From the NCBI GenBank assembly GCA_965219415.1, contig CBDCNP010000002.1:288001-352000 (forward strand): DNA of 64,000 nt, given 5' to 3'. Numbering within the stretch: position 1 is the stretch's first letter; each line of letters begins with the position of its first letter. Source of the DNA: Candidatus Marinacidobacterales bacterium (GTDB taxonomy: Bacteria > Acidobacteriota > Vicinamibacteria > Marinacidobacterales > DATDRI01). The notes under the pieces were generated by a model, which was given only the letters and a program-made list of their open reading frames with translations, was not told where the DNA came from and made no database searches. Shown here piece after piece: positions 48,923 to 61,597 of this stretch. The position numbers were made by a program, and so were the translations under genes.

Positions 48923-50059
48923 CTAGACTGTATCAAGTAGACGCGCGAGCAAAGCCGTGCGGCGGGGCAGCTCGTCGATCACAAGGTGCTCGTTGCGAGC
49001 ATGGGCTCCATCGCCTACCGCCCCCAGCCCGTCCAGAGTGGGAACCCCTAGCCCGGCAGTGATATTTCCGTCTGAACCGCCCCCCGCCGGGCCTTCTTCA
49101 AGGTCGAAACCAATCTCCTCCGCCAGCGCACGCGCCTTTTGATAAAGAGCTACGACCGCCGGTGACCGCTCGAGGGGAAGCCGGTCGATACTCCCCTTCA
49201 CATCGAGCTCCGCCCCCTCCAGAAGCGGACGCACGTTCAAAACCTTTTCTTTCATCATCTGAGCATCCGCCACGGTCGATACTCGCACATCGATCTCCGC
49301 ATAGGCCTCGCCGGCGATGACGTTGCTCCGCGTTCCGCCGCGGACCAATCCGACGTTGACACTGATTCCTCTATCGAGGTCCGTCAGCTCGTGGAGAGAA
49401 CGAATCTGGCGAGCCAATTCCTCGATAGCACTCAGACCCTTCTCCGGATCCAACCCGGCGTGAGCCTCACGCCCTTTCACGCTAAGTTGAAAGATCCCCC
49501 CACCTTTGCGGAACGTCTTGAGTTTCCCGTTGGGAGGAAGCGACGGCTCGAGCACGAGTGCAACCCGGCTGCGACGGGCTTCCTCCTCTATATGAGGGCG
49601 CGAGCTCAGACTTCCGACCTCTTCGTCTGAGTTCACTAGCGCGGTGAGTCCGTTTGGAGCTCGGCCCACCTCGGTAAGAGCCCGTAGAGCGAAGACCAAC
49701 TGAACCAGCCCGCCCTTCATGTCGAACGTTCCCGGTCCGTGGGCGATACCGCCCTCGATGCGAAACGGGAGCTCCTGAAGCGTCCCCAGCTCCCAAACCG
49801 TATCCAGGTGTCCGAGGATCAGAATTTGCCCCTCGGGTTGCGACTCACCCACAGTAGCGCGCAGATGGTTTCCGAAACGCTCGGACGGAAGCTCCGACAC
49901 CTTCGCCCCAGAGGCTTCGAGCTCCTCGGTAAACACCTTCCCTACCTCGTCAACCGATTTCTTGTCGGTGCTCGGGGACTCGAGTTCCACCAACCGCTTT
50001 AGAAGCGCTAGCATGGAATCGCGCTGACTCTCCAACCACGGCAGAAGGTTGCTAGACAT
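48923..50059 (-). CDS. M20 metallopeptidase (glutamate carboxypeptidase-like)
   Basis: GHLDTV, DMKGG, DEEVGS, GGGSDGN, GAHARNE. Confidence 0.95.
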   Translation of the reverse strand: MSSNLLPWLESQRDSMLALLKRLVELESPSTDKKSVDEVGKVFTEELEASGAKVSELPSERFGNHLRATVGESQPEGQILILGHLDTVWELGTLQELPFRIEGGIAHGPGTFDMKGGLVQLVFALRALTEVGRAPNGLTALVNSDEEVGSLSSRPHIEEEARRSRVALVLEPSLPPNGKLKTFRKGGGIFQLSVKGREAHAGLDPEKGLSAIEELARQIRSLHELTDLDRGISVNVGLVRGGTRSNVIAGEAYAEIDVRVSTVADAQMMKEKVLNVRPLLEGAELDVKGSIDRLPLERSPAVVALYQKARALAEEIGFDLEEGPAGGGSDGNITAGLGVPTLDGLGAVGDGAHARNEHLVIDELPRRTALLARLLDTV

Positions 50060-50134
50060 AGTTAGGCATTCTTACTCAGGGGAGGCGATGCTAACAGAGA
50101 GAAGGCCGGGGGAAAAGCGCAGCGGCGGGGAAAA

Positions 50135-50825
50135 CTACAGGCGAATGGTGAAACGGCTTCCCTTGAACTCGAGCTCGACTGCCCCGATCGAGAATCTTGA
50201 TGACTCGTGCCCCCTCGATGATATCTCCCTCGAAAACCCGTTGGTAGTTGACCACCGCTACCGGCTGGCCGTCGATCACGGAGGTTCCCTGTAGAGCAAG
50301 CGAGGGGAGATCGGCGGGCAGTTTCTCCTGCTCCGCGTCGAGATTGTTGGTTGCGCTCGAGCGATCGGTCGCGCCGCGGCCCACCAGTCTTACAGGAGGG
50401 GCCGGGGGAGCAAGGCCGGCAAGCACTTCGCCCTCCACCAGCGTCGCCTCCGGAAGTATCCCGGAGGGTTCTATCACTCCCGAGGAGCGGGTGGCGTCGA
50501 CGGAAGAACCCTTTCGCGAAGACCGCCTCGGTGCAACCTCAGTTCTATCGGCGCCATTAGCCCCCGAAAGAGGCGAAGACAGCACCGCCTGCGGCTCGCT
50601 GGCAACGCCCGAAGCCTGAGGCGCTTCCGCCTCGAACGATCGGTATAACGCTACCGCGGCAAGGCCGAAGGTCACGATCGCGAGAACCAGAACGGCTCCC
50701 CATGCCCAACCTCTCGCCAAACTCGGCCCGCCCCAATCTCGACCACCCTGCATGACCATGCCTTCTTCGGCCTGGCCGTCCTTCTTACGATCGACCTTCT
50801 TGAGGGCGTCTAGTATGAAGCTCAT
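50135..50825 (-). CDS. gspB: GspB/ExeB-like protein; frameshift near 50183
   Basis: MSFILDALKK N-terminus, TM segment, C-terminal EGD.IEGARV; corrected end AVELEFKGSRFTIRL*. Confidence 0.8.
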
Positions 50826-50830
50826 AAGTC

Positions 50831-52426
50831 TTAGAAAAGACGCGGCACCGGGTATCGGCCCGAGCGGCTATAGAGAGCCATGCGCGTCTTGGGACCAACG
50901 ATTCGATCGGGGACGAGGTAGTTGGAGCTTTGGAATCGCCCCACTGCCGAGCGGAGCGTCGGCGGCGGATCCGACTCCGGAGTCAAGTAACCGAGCTTGC
51001 GGAGACTCTCACTCACCCAAGCGCTGTCGGTGAAAGACGCCCCCTCGAACTCCTTCCAGAAAACGAAGGCCTTGCGCACCCAGAAGCGGTTCAAGAGCGA
51101 CACCGGTATGCGCACCGAGTCGTCGGGAGCGAAGGAGAGGACCGCGGTGTCTCCCTCCAGGGCGGTCAGAGCGGCGTAGACGGTGTCTTCGCGAGAGGTA
51201 TGAAAAAGCTCCACTACCACCGGCAGGTTGAGTTGTCGTATCTGATCGAAGTGGGTGGTGAGCTCGGTGCCTTGGAGTCCACCTCGACGCGCAATCGCCG
51301 GAAGATCTTCATCCGGCGACAAGGCGTCGGCTCCGCCAACTTGGGCATCCCACAAGTCGAGCAACACCGCCGCCGCTCCCCTTCTCGTGAGGGGCCGCGA
51401 CAGCGTGCCGATGCGACGATCGAAATCCTTCTCCGAGAGTCTTCCCGCCGTATCGCTTCCATAGCCTTCGTTCAAGTCCGCGGCTTCGACAGACTCCTTC
51501 GCCCCGGGAAGAAAAGCCGTGTCCCCTCGCAAGAAATTCAACCCGACCGCTCCCAACACGATGGCCGCCAAAGCCGCTCCTCGAAAACTCCACGAGTGAT
51601 ACCAGCGCCTCCGAGCCAAGTGTACGAGGTCAAGCTCGGCGATCGCCTGTTTCACGAGCGCGGTGTCTATCTCCCGTCGGCTGAGGACGAAACCTGCCAG
51701 AAGCACCCGATCACACAGCAAATTGATTAGTCGCGGGAGTCCATTGGAAAACCGATGAATCTTTCGAAGCGCTCCCAGTGTGAAGGAAACCTTTCCCACG
51801 CCTCCCGCCACGTCGAGACGATGGCGGATATACTCGATGGTCTCGTCCCGATTCATCGGGTTGAGGTGATAGCGAGCCGTCACGCGCTGCGCGAGCTGTC
51901 GCAGGTTGTTTCGCGAGAGCAGGGTGTTGAGCTCGGACTGTCCGATCAAGACGATCTGGATGAGCTTTTCCGTCGACGTCTCTAGATTCGAGATCATACG
52001 GATCTGCTCCAGCACGTCGGGCGAAAGATTCTGGGCCTCGTCGATGACCAACACGATGTTCTTCTCGGCCTCCCTCGCTTCCAATAGGAAACGGTGGAGC
52101 GCATCGACCAAATCCTTGGCCTCCTCACCGTTAGGCGTGATTCCCAAGTCGTCATTGATAGAGCGCAAGAGCTCGACCGCGCTCAGCGCGGGGTAGAGAA
52201 TGAAAGCGCTCAGCGTATTCTCGTCGAGCCGGTCCAGGAAGTAACGGCAAAGAGTGGTCTTGCCGGTCCCGACTTCGCCGCTGACCACGACGAACCCACC
52301 GCGCTGTTTCAGCCCAAACTCGAGATGGGCGAACGCTTCGCTGTGTTTCGCCGAAAGGTAGAGAAAACGGGGGTCTGGAGGTAGGTTGAACGGTTTTTCC
52401 CGAAACCCGAAGAAGCTTTCGTACGT
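50831..52426 (-). CDS. exeA: ExeA/GspA AAA ATPase with C-terminal peptidoglycan-binding domain
   Basis: YESFFGFREKPF..PDPRFLY upstream of the track start; GEVGTGKTT, IDEAQNL, GLPRLINLLCD, FQ...L.PD.IVGPKT. Confidence 0.92.
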   Translation of the reverse strand, partial: TYESFFGFREKPFNLPPDPRFLYLSAKHSEAFAHLEFGLKQRGGFVVVSGEVGTGKTTLCRYFLDRLDENTLSAFILYPALSAVELLRSINDDLGITPNGEEAKDLVDALHRFLLEAREAEKNIVLVIDEAQNLSPDVLEQIRMISNLETSTEKLIQIVLIGQSELNTLLSRNNLRQLAQRVTARYHLNPMNRDETIEYIRHRLDVAGGVGKVSFTLGALRKIHRFSNGLPRLINLLCDRVLLAGFVLSRREIDTALVKQAIAELDLVHLARRRWYHSWSFRGAALAAIVLGAVGLNFLRGDTAFLPGAKESVEAADLNEGYGSDTAGRLSEKDFDRRIGTLSRPLTRRGAAAVLLDLWDAQVGGADALSPDEDLPAIARRGGLQGTELTTHFDQIRQLNLPVVVELFHTSREDTVYAALTALEGDTAVLSFAPDDSVRIPVSLLNRFWVRKAFVFWKEFEGASFTDSAWVSESLRKLGYLTPESDPPPTLRSAVGRFQSSNYLVPDRIVGPKTRMALYSRSGRYPVPRLF

Positions 52427-52457
52427 TGTAGTTGGGTTAGTAATCTATCATGAGGGC

Positions 52458-53209
52458 CTAGGTCCTTACCAGCATCGCTCGCAGCCCGCAGCCGACCGCG
52501 GCCTCGAAGGCCTCCACGTCCGGAAACCGACTGCTGGGTATGGCAGCAACTCTCGGGACTTCTTTCGCTGGCCCGGTTGGTCCACCCTGCTCATCCGGAT
52601 CCGCCACGCCATGAAAATGGAGCGCGAAACGGTAGCAGGGAAAGGCGATGGGAACGGATTGCGACTCGGTCCCGCCCAGCGAAAGTCGAGTGTCGGGTAG
52701 AGGCGTGAGGCCTCCGCAAACCGAGCAGTCGTAGCGGGGATCGGGACGGGCAGGATGCGAGTTCCCGAGGGGCTGTCCCTCCCCACACGAAGGACACACT
52801 TGGCGCGCGTCCTTCAAATCCCCCAGCCCGACCATCCTGAGCCTTTTGTAACCTCGTACCTCGATTCGTTCTGTCTTGGCGGTCCCGACCCCAAGCTCGA
52901 CCAGAGGTTCTCTCCCCGGCGGACCGAGTTTGATTTGGATCTCCTCCAACCCGTTGAGATTCTCCGCACGCTCGCGAAACTCATCGTAGTTACTCGCTTC
53001 GAAGGCTTGGCCTTCCCCGGGCGGTGGGTCGCCCGGTTTATCGGGCTCTGGTGGGTTCTCGCGAAGCACGCCCCAGGAAGGTGGCTCCCGCTCGAAGGCC
53101 GAGTTCCAGGGTCTGGATCCATTGCCTCGAGCAATTGTCCCACCCGAGCCGCCGACGGCACGTAGTAGGCGTCCTTAGGGAACAGATAAAACAGAATCGG
53201 CTTCCTCAC
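52458..53209 (-). CDS. Hypothetical zinc-ribbon protein; frameshift near 53072
   Basis: CPSC...CSVC; N-terminal part lies in another frame (MRKPILFYLFPKDAYYVP). Confidence 0.45.
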
Positions 53210-54284
53210 TCGCAGTTTCCGCGGCTGCCTGATCATCGGGGGCGGTGAAAAGAAAATAGTCGTAGGCGTAGCGAGCGATGTCCGCGATGGCGCGCTCCGC
53301 CTTGTCACGATCCTCAGAGCTCCTGCTGAGCACCGAGAGAACAATGTGCCCACGTCCGTGAGGGAGATAGATGATACCAACATCGTCGACCGTGCCTCCG
53401 ATCGTTCCCGTCTTGTGGGCCACCGGAACGGATTTGGGCAACAGGCCCCGGATTCGATCGACACCGGTGTCGCACCTCAGCATGATGTCGACCATCTTTT
53501 TGCATGACTCCGGGCTCGCGGCCTGGCCGAGCAAGATTTTCTCCAACAGCAGATTCATCGCCGCCGGGGTGGCGGTGTCTTGGTTATCCATCTCGAACCG
53601 GGTGGCTGCCATCTCCAACTCGCCGGGCTCCAACTCGTAGTCATTGAGCTTCTGCTCGAGCTCTTCGTAGGTCAGCCCTTCTACATCCCACTCTTCGAAC
53701 CCCATGTGATCCATGATCAGCTGTTGGGTGCTCCTGCTTACGACTAATCCCGTGATCCCTAGTGAAGCAAGGCGCTGATTCACGTTCCCGATCCCGACTC
53801 GCTCCAGGACGATATCCGTGGCGCTATTGTCGCTGATACGCATCATCAAGAACGCCAGGTTCTCGAGCGACAGCGAGACTCCCGGGACGATGAAACGCTT
53901 GAGCTGGCCACTTCCCAGATGAAGGTCCAGCGGTCCGAGCGACATCATTTCGTCCAGACGGATCTTTCCCTCGTCCACCTGGTTGAAAAGCTCCACCAGA
54001 ATCGCCACCTTGTAGGTACTGGCCATCGGGTACGACCGATTACCGTTCACAACGAGCCATTCACCCGACTCTACGTGCTTGATGGCGACTCCCATGTCCC
54101 CCGACGAGCCGACGATAGCCTCTTCGACTGCCAGCCGCAGCCGATCGATCCCGCCCTTATTGGTCGCCGGGCCCTCATTGGCCACCGTGGTCGTGGCCAA
54201 TGCCATGCAGAGGACCAGCAACAATGCCCTCGTCAGCACCTTCAAATGCACCTCCGGCGAAGCCTTTGGGCTCCCAGCTATCAT
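53175..54284 (-). CDS. Class A beta-lactamase-like serine hydrolase
   Basis: STYK, SDN and HKTGT motifs; signal peptide. Confidence 0.9.
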   Translation of the reverse strand: MIAGSPKASPEVHLKVLTRALLLVLCMALATTTVANEGPATNKGGIDRLRLAVEEAIVGSSGDMGVAIKHVESGEWLVVNGNRSYPMASTYKVAILVELFNQVDEGKIRLDEMMSLGPLDLHLGSGQLKRFIVPGVSLSLENLAFLMMRISDNSATDIVLERVGIGNVNQRLASLGITGLVVSRSTQQLIMDHMGFEEWDVEGLTYEELEQKLNDYELEPGELEMAATRFEMDNQDTATPAAMNLLLEKILLGQAASPESCKKMVDIMLRCDTGVDRIRGLLPKSVPVAHKTGTIGGTVDDVGIIYLPHGRGHIVLSVLSRSSEDRDKAERAIADIARYAYDYFLFTAPDDQAAAETASEEADSVLSVP

Positions 54285-54436
54285 GAATAGATGAACTCAT
54301 AGTAGGTCAGACCGGTGCGCGAGCACAAGCCACCATTCGTCACATCTCTGTGGAGAAATTCATAGGTGAAGAGCTCCGTAACCGCGTAGAATCCGTGGGA
54401 CGTGCACCGTCACGAATGGATTGATAGGGTGGTCGA

Positions 54437-55318
54437 ATGATAGGAAGCGGCGTGAGTCGAGAGCAACTGTCCCGCTCAGTTTTCAAGATCGGTGTCTCGA
54501 CCGCGTGTTTTTTGGCTACGTTCTTCGTGAGCTGCCTGACCCCCAAAGCGGAACCGGTCCTGGGTGACCTCGAAAACTCCCTCGAGCAAGGACTTGCCGA
54601 GGGAAAACAATCATTCGACCACAATCGCTGGAACGAGATCGTCGGCGAGTATGCCAAGGAAAACGGTCGGAAATTCGACTACCGAAGCCTTAAATCCAAC
54701 GAAGCCCGGCTAGACGAATACCTCAGTGCCTTGGCCGAAGCGGAGCTTCCCACTCTCTCTAGACCGGAACTGCTGGCGCTCTTCATTAATGCGTACAACG
54801 CCTATACGGTGAAGACGATCCTCGAGGAGATGCCACCGCAGGGCGAATACGGGATCGAGAGCATTCGCGATATCCGCAACGTCTTCGGCCGGAAGAAGCA
54901 CGCAGTCGGCGGATTCCGCTTGAGCCTCAACAATATCGAACACAACGTCCTCCGACCCTATTTCAAAGATCCCAGAATTCATTTTATCGTCAATTGCGCC
55001 TCGACTTCATGCCCCCCGCTTCCCGTCATGGCGTTCAATGGCGAGTCGGTCGATGAACAGCTCGAAGCGGAGACTCGCAGCCTCTTGTCTTCCCCAGATT
55101 ATGTTCGCGTCGAAGAGGACAGGCTCCTGGTGACGAAGATCATGGATTGGTACGGCTCGGATTTTGTGAAAGTGGGATACCTAGGCGCGGAAAGATATCT
55201 CTCCGATTACATCAAGAAATACACTCGGCAGGATGTACGAGAATGGATCGATTCTCGGTCATCCCCTCCCAAACCGAAATTCATGAAGTACGATTGGTCG
55301 CTCAATCGAGCTTCCTAG
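54437..55318 (+). CDS. DUF547 lipoprotein
   Basis: INAYNA, LNNIEH, DPRIHF.VNCASTSCP, IMDWY, YDWSLN. Confidence 0.92.
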   Translation: MIGSGVSREQLSRSVFKIGVSTACFLATFFVSCLTPKAEPVLGDLENSLEQGLAEGKQSFDHNRWNEIVGEYAKENGRKFDYRSLKSNEARLDEYLSALAEAELPTLSRPELLALFINAYNAYTVKTILEEMPPQGEYGIESIRDIRNVFGRKKHAVGGFRLSLNNIEHNVLRPYFKDPRIHFIVNCASTSCPPLPVMAFNGESVDEQLEAETRSLLSSPDYVRVEEDRLLVTKIMDWYGSDFVKVGYLGAERYLSDYIKKYTRQDVREWIDSRSSPPKPKFMKYDWSLNRAS

Positions 55319-55400
55319 TACGGTTTTCCAACTTTTCCGGCTCTGCTGACCCTGGTGCTTGCCTCGATCCGCCCGACCGGACTACTATCGCGCCCTTGCA

Positions 55401-56134
55401 ATGAAAAAGCCGTTTCGCGAAGCGCTCGACCGAATAGAACGAGAACACTGGTGGTACCGGGGCCGACAAGTCATCCTCGAACGCGCCCTCGACCGGTTCA
55501 TCGGAAATCCAGAGCGCTCCCTCGCCATCGGCGTGGGTGCGAGCCGCGAAGCAGAAATGCTATCCAAGAGAACGCGCCTGGTGGCGGTGGACCGCGAGGA
55601 GATCCATCGACGTTCCGCCGAGGTGGCGATGGGCGTCCAGACCGACGCCGCGCTTCTCCCCTTTTTGGATGCCTCCTTCGATGCCGTCTTCATCTTCGAT
55701 GTGCTCGAGCATATCGAGGGAGATGATGCCGTGCTCGAAGAAATTCGGAGGGTGCTCCGCCCCGACGGTGCGCTACTGCTCACCGTCCCCGCGTTCATGT
55801 TCTTGTTTGGCCGCCAAGACAGAATGAGCGATCACAAACGCCGCTACCGCCGAGGGAAGCTCATGCAACTCGTGAGTGAGCACGGCTTGGAGGTACAGTA
55901 CTGCACTTACTTCAATACGATGCTATTCCCTCCCATTGCGGCCGCTCGCGTGGCTCGCCGCTGGCTGCGCTTTCCCGATGGAGACGGCCAGACACGGACT
56001 TCGACATGCGGCTGCCCGGCGTGGTGGAGCGCCTCTTGGAGGGTCTGCTCGCCTTCGAAAGGCACGCGATCGATCGCGTGTCGCTCCTCTGCTCGGCTCG
56101 ACGCCCGCCCGATCCGGCGAGCGCGAAAGCCTAA
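55401..56134 (+). CDS. Class I SAM-dependent methyltransferase; frameshift near 55990
   Basis: EREHWWYRGR, DVLEHI, RVLRPDG, TVPA, HKRRY. Confidence 0.85.
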
Positions 56135-56459
56135 CTCTCAGGCGTTTCCTCTGCACCCGCCAGCCGCTTTTCCCATTGAGAGAGACGCTCGGAACCGGGA
56201 GGCGACGTCATGAGGCTCACCGCCACCAGGGTAACCAAGCTCGTACTGATTCCGATCATGATCGGCTCGGAAGAGCCCACTCCCCAACGGCCCATGGCGA
56301 TAACCGAGGCCATCGCGCTGAGGGGCATCGAAGCGAGTGTGCCGGCCGCATTGGCCCGCTTCCAAAAGAAACCCGTAAAGACGGGGACGAAGAGCGATCC
56401 CGACAGCAAGGTCTACGCGATGTCCAGCGCCTTGACAACGTCTTGCACCCAAAGGGCAA

Positions 56460-57774
<1,315 letters not shown>

Positions 57775-58876
57775 CAAGCCCGATCACCACGATGCCGAGA
57801 ATACAGGTGAAGGATCGCGTTACGCGGAGAAACCCCACCTCGTTCAAGTCTCCGGCGAGGAATCTGCGATAGATGTCGTTCGCTACTAGCGTCGACGCAG
57901 CGAGAAGTGGACCGCTGGCCGTGGACATTAGGGCGGACAGACTGCCGGCTAGAACGAGCCCGGTCACTCCCGCGGGCAGGATTCCACCGCTACCGTGGCA
58001 TAGGCCATTTGAGGATCCTGCAGGTCGGCGAACTTGACTGCCGCGATCATTCCGATGAACGCGGTCGCGATCGCGTACAGAAGGCAGTACAAGCCTGCGA
58101 AGATCGTTTCTCGTCGCGCAACTCGTGGGTCTCTTGCTGTGAACACACGTTGCCAAATATCTTGGCCGATGAGAAGTCCCAGGAAGAACAGCAAGAAAAA
58201 AGCAAAGATCGTATCGTAGCCGATGGTGTCGAGGAGAAAATGAGCTTCGGGTAAGTTGTCCGACAGTCCCTGCCAGCCGCCCACGGCGCGGAAGCCGATA
58301 GGAAGCATGAGGAGTGTCCCGATAGTCATGAGGGTGAACTGGATGGCGTCGGTCATGGATACCGACCACATGCCACCCAAAAACGTGTAAGTGACAACGA
58401 CCAAGCCGCCCGCCAACATTCCGGCCGTCATTCCCCAACCCAGCATCGCATGCAGAATCGTTCCGATGGCGATGACCTGAATGACCGCGCTCATCATCGC
58501 GTAGGCCGCCATGATGACCGCACTGATCAGGCGTGCTGATTTGTCATAGCGGAGCTCGAGCATCTCACTGACGCTGATGACCCTAAGGTTCGCCAGCTTG
58601 CTTGTCAGAAATATGCCTAACGCCGTGATGCCGAGCCCGATCATGAAGACCATCCACATCCCGGAGATACCGAACTCATAGCCGAGCTTCGCGCTACCCA
58701 CTGTAGATGCGCCGCCCAATACGACCGCGGCGAGGCACGCGGTGTACATGCCGTAACCCAACCGTCGACCGGCAACGAGATAGTCGTCAGAGGTCTTGCT
58801 CATCTTCCACCCGCGATAGCCAAGATAGGCATGAGGAGCAAGTAGAAAAAAATAATGGCGAAGTCGATGGCGTGCA

Positions 58877-58904
58877 TTGCTTTACCGAACCGGGATTCTA
58901 TAGT
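58877..58904 (+). promoter_or_regulatory. Possible sigma70 promoter for mscS
   Basis: TTGCTT-16 nt-TATAGT, about 60 nt upstream of the ATG. Confidence 0.3.
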
Positions 58905-58965
58905 TTCGGAAGGGTGACTTCAAAAAAGTAAAATGGATGACATATGATGCCGCAAAGGAGTCCCT

Positions 58966-60672
58966 ATGGTTCGCGTCAAATGGCCTACGTTCTTCGCTCT
59001 AGCAATCCTCTTCGCCGCCACTCCCGCCTGGTCGCAGGAGCCCGATGCAACCTCGACGGACGACGAGCCGTCCTTGACCGAGCAAACCGAGACGCTAGCG
59101 GCCGAGCTTCGGGAGCAGCAAGCCGAGGCCGATGATCTGGTGACCCGATATGAGGCCGCGGAGGGTGAGGAACGTCAGGTCCTCGCAAGCCAGCTTGTGC
59201 GGAGGGGAAAAGAGTTTCGGAGGAATCTCACCACGCTCATTTCACGCCTCGAGGGGCTGCGCGAAGAGGGGCGAGAATCGGAAGTCGCCCGCGCCACCGC
59301 CGAGAGGCTCGTGGTTTGGGCGATCGATTTTGGTCGCCGAGAGCTCGAGCGGCACCGCGAATCGGGGACGGAGATGCGGGTGGCGTGGATTGACCTGCCG
59401 CCGGAAGAAAAGCTCCTTGAGGAACAACGCCTTGGGATACTCCGTACCCAGATCATCCGCCTTCTCGAAGGTCTTCTGGAAATGTCTACCCACGCGGAGA
59501 GTCTCGGTCTGGATCCGACGGGTCATCTGAATTATTTGGACCAGTTTGTCACCGAATTCGCCCAAGGCGAGGCCGGCCGCCTCGATCTTGCCCGAATCCA
59601 AGTGGCCGAACTAAGTGAGCAGCTGACGAGGGTGGCGAAGGAAGAGGAGCCCGCGATCCGGGCCGAATTTACTGCTTTTCAAGAGAGGGTTCACGGAACC
59701 TCGACCTCGCTCGGGGCAATCGTAGACGTCATGGATAGGCGCGCCCTCGACACCGCCGAATACAAACAACTACTGATCCAAGCAACGGGCACGGTCACCA
59801 CCGATATCTTCGACACACGGGTCCTTTACGGCCTCATCCAGGACGGGTGGAGCAACTTCACCGATTGGCTCTCGGCCCGCGGGCCTCAATTCCTTCTCAA
59901 GGCGTTCTTCTTTCTCGTTGTGCTCGGCGTCTTCTGGGTCGTCTCTCGGATCGTTTCTTGGATCGTTCGGCGAACGGTGAAACGCCCGGATGTCAAGGTT
60001 CCCACCTTGCTGCGCAATATGTTGGTGTCGGTCGCCTCCAAGGTTGTCATGATCCTCGGTTTGCTCATTGCGTTGTCTCAGATTGGAGTGGAAGTCGCGC
60101 CGCTACTCACGGGGCTCGGGATCGCGGGCTTCATCGTCGGCTTCGCCCTTCAAGACTCGCTGTCGAACTTTGCCGCGGGCATGATGATCCTCCTTTATCG
60201 ACCCTTCGACGTGGGTGACATCGTCGAAGCGGGAGGCGCCTTCGGGAAGGTTGGCGACATGAGCCTGGTATCGACGACGATCCTCTCTTTCGACAACCAA
60301 AGGTTGATCGTGCCGAATCGGAAAATCTGGGGCGACGTGATCAAGAACGTTACATCGGAGAGCACGCGCCGCGTGGACCTGACCTTTCGGGTCAGTTACG
60401 GTGACGACATCGAGCGCGCAGAGCGAGCTCTCCGAGAGATCGTCGAAACGAACGAGCACGTACTCGACGAGCCGGAATCGATTATCAAACTGCACAAACT
60501 AGGCGATTCGTCAGTGGAGTTCGTCGTGCGCCCTTGGGTCAGGCGCTCGAACTATTGGGACGTCTACTGGGACATTACCCGCTCTGTGAAGAAGCGCTTC
60601 GACGAGGAAGGAATCTCGATTCCATTCCCCCAGCACGATGTCCACGTCCATCGGCAGCCCCACACTACGTAG
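58966..60672 (+). CDS. MscS-family mechanosensitive channel with long helical periplasmic N-terminus
   Basis: GFALQDSLSNFAAG, RPFDVGD, IVPN, GISIPFPQ. Confidence 0.95.
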   Translation: MVRVKWPTFFALAILFAATPAWSQEPDATSTDDEPSLTEQTETLAAELREQQAEADDLVTRYEAAEGEERQVLASQLVRRGKEFRRNLTTLISRLEGLREEGRESEVARATAERLVVWAIDFGRRELERHRESGTEMRVAWIDLPPEEKLLEEQRLGILRTQIIRLLEGLLEMSTHAESLGLDPTGHLNYLDQFVTEFAQGEAGRLDLARIQVAELSEQLTRVAKEEEPAIRAEFTAFQERVHGTSTSLGAIVDVMDRRALDTAEYKQLLIQATGTVTTDIFDTRVLYGLIQDGWSNFTDWLSARGPQFLLKAFFFLVVLGVFWVVSRIVSWIVRRTVKRPDVKVPTLLRNMLVSVASKVVMILGLLIALSQIGVEVAPLLTGLGIAGFIVGFALQDSLSNFAAGMMILLYRPFDVGDIVEAGGAFGKVGDMSLVSTTILSFDNQRLIVPNRKIWGDVIKNVTSESTRRVDLTFRVSYGDDIERAERALREIVETNEHVLDEPESIIKLHKLGDSSVEFVVRPWVRRSNYWDVYWDITRSVKKRFDEEGISIPFPQHDVHVHRQPHTT

Positions 60673-60772
60673 GGGGGGCCCTCACCGGAGCTCTCGGACC
60701 CAGATGTTGCGGAAGCCCACCGGTCGATCGTGATCCTGGGGCAAAAAGAGGTCGGCTCACCCCCTCCTGTCT

Positions 60773-61597
60773 TTGACATCGAACCCATTCGTGCGACACC
60801 CTCCGGCTGTGCCAGCGGACAATTCAATCTACGACACACTGGACGACTGGTGGGACCCGACCGGCTCGGTGGCCGGCATTCATGCCATGAACCCGGCCCG
60901 TGTCGGTTATTTCCGGGGCGTGCTCCAGGAGCGGTTGGGGCCCGATTTGTCAGGGGTGAGGATCTTGGATGTCGGTTGCGGGGGGGGCCTGCTTACCGAA
61001 GAGCTGCTTCGACTCGGAGCCGCTGCGATCGGCGTCGACCAGGCTGAAGCGGCCGTCCGGTGCGCGACAGCCCACGCGCGCTCGGACGGATTGTGTCCCC
61101 GGTATGTACGAGCGTGTGGAGGGCAGTTGCCATTCGAGGACGGGTTTTTCCCCGTCGTAATGAGCAGCGACTTTCTCGAGCATGTCGAGAACCTGACCTC
61201 GGTCATGCAGGAGTGTGCACGCGTTCTCGCCCCGGGCGGTTTGTTTCTGTATGACACGATCAACCGGACATGGCTGACCCGCATCTTTCACGTCGGTGTG
61301 CTTCAAGAGTGGAGAAGACTCGTCCCGGAAGGCACGCACGATTGGCGCCAATTCATCAGGCCCTCCGAGCTTCAATCGACGATGAAGAGCGTAGCAGTTC
61401 GTCCGGTAGAGACGCTTGGCCTCTTACCGGTCGACCCCGTTCGCTTCGCGTTGCATCTCCTGAAACACAAGAGGGGTCGAGACAGAATGCCCGCCTTTCG
61501 TATCGGCTCATGGACGGGCGGTAGCTACGTTGGCTACGGCGTGAAAGAGATCGATTATAATGATGCGTCGCCCGCCGCCGGAGGAAGAAATGTCTGA
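60773..61597 (+). CDS. ubiG: UbiG-like O-methyltransferase
   Basis: WWDPTG, HAMNPAR, LDVGCGGGLL, TINRT, GTHDW..FIRPSEL. Confidence 0.8.
   Translation: MTSNPFVRHPPAVPADNSIYDTLDDWWDPTGSVAGIHAMNPARVGYFRGVLQERLGPDLSGVRILDVGCGGGLLTEELLRLGAAAIGVDQAEAAVRCATAHARSDGLCPRYVRACGGQLPFEDGFFPVVMSSDFLEHVENLTSVMQECARVLAPGGLFLYDTINRTWLTRIFHVGVLQEWRRLVPEGTHDWRQFIRPSELQSTMKSVAVRPVETLGLLPVDPVRFALHLLKHKRGRDRMPAFRIGSWTGGSYVGYGVKEIDYNDASPAAGGRNV

Noticed and set aside
50135-52426. Complete type II secretion system
   Set aside because: Only the exeA/gspB accessory pair is present; no secretin, GspE/F or pseudopilins in the window.
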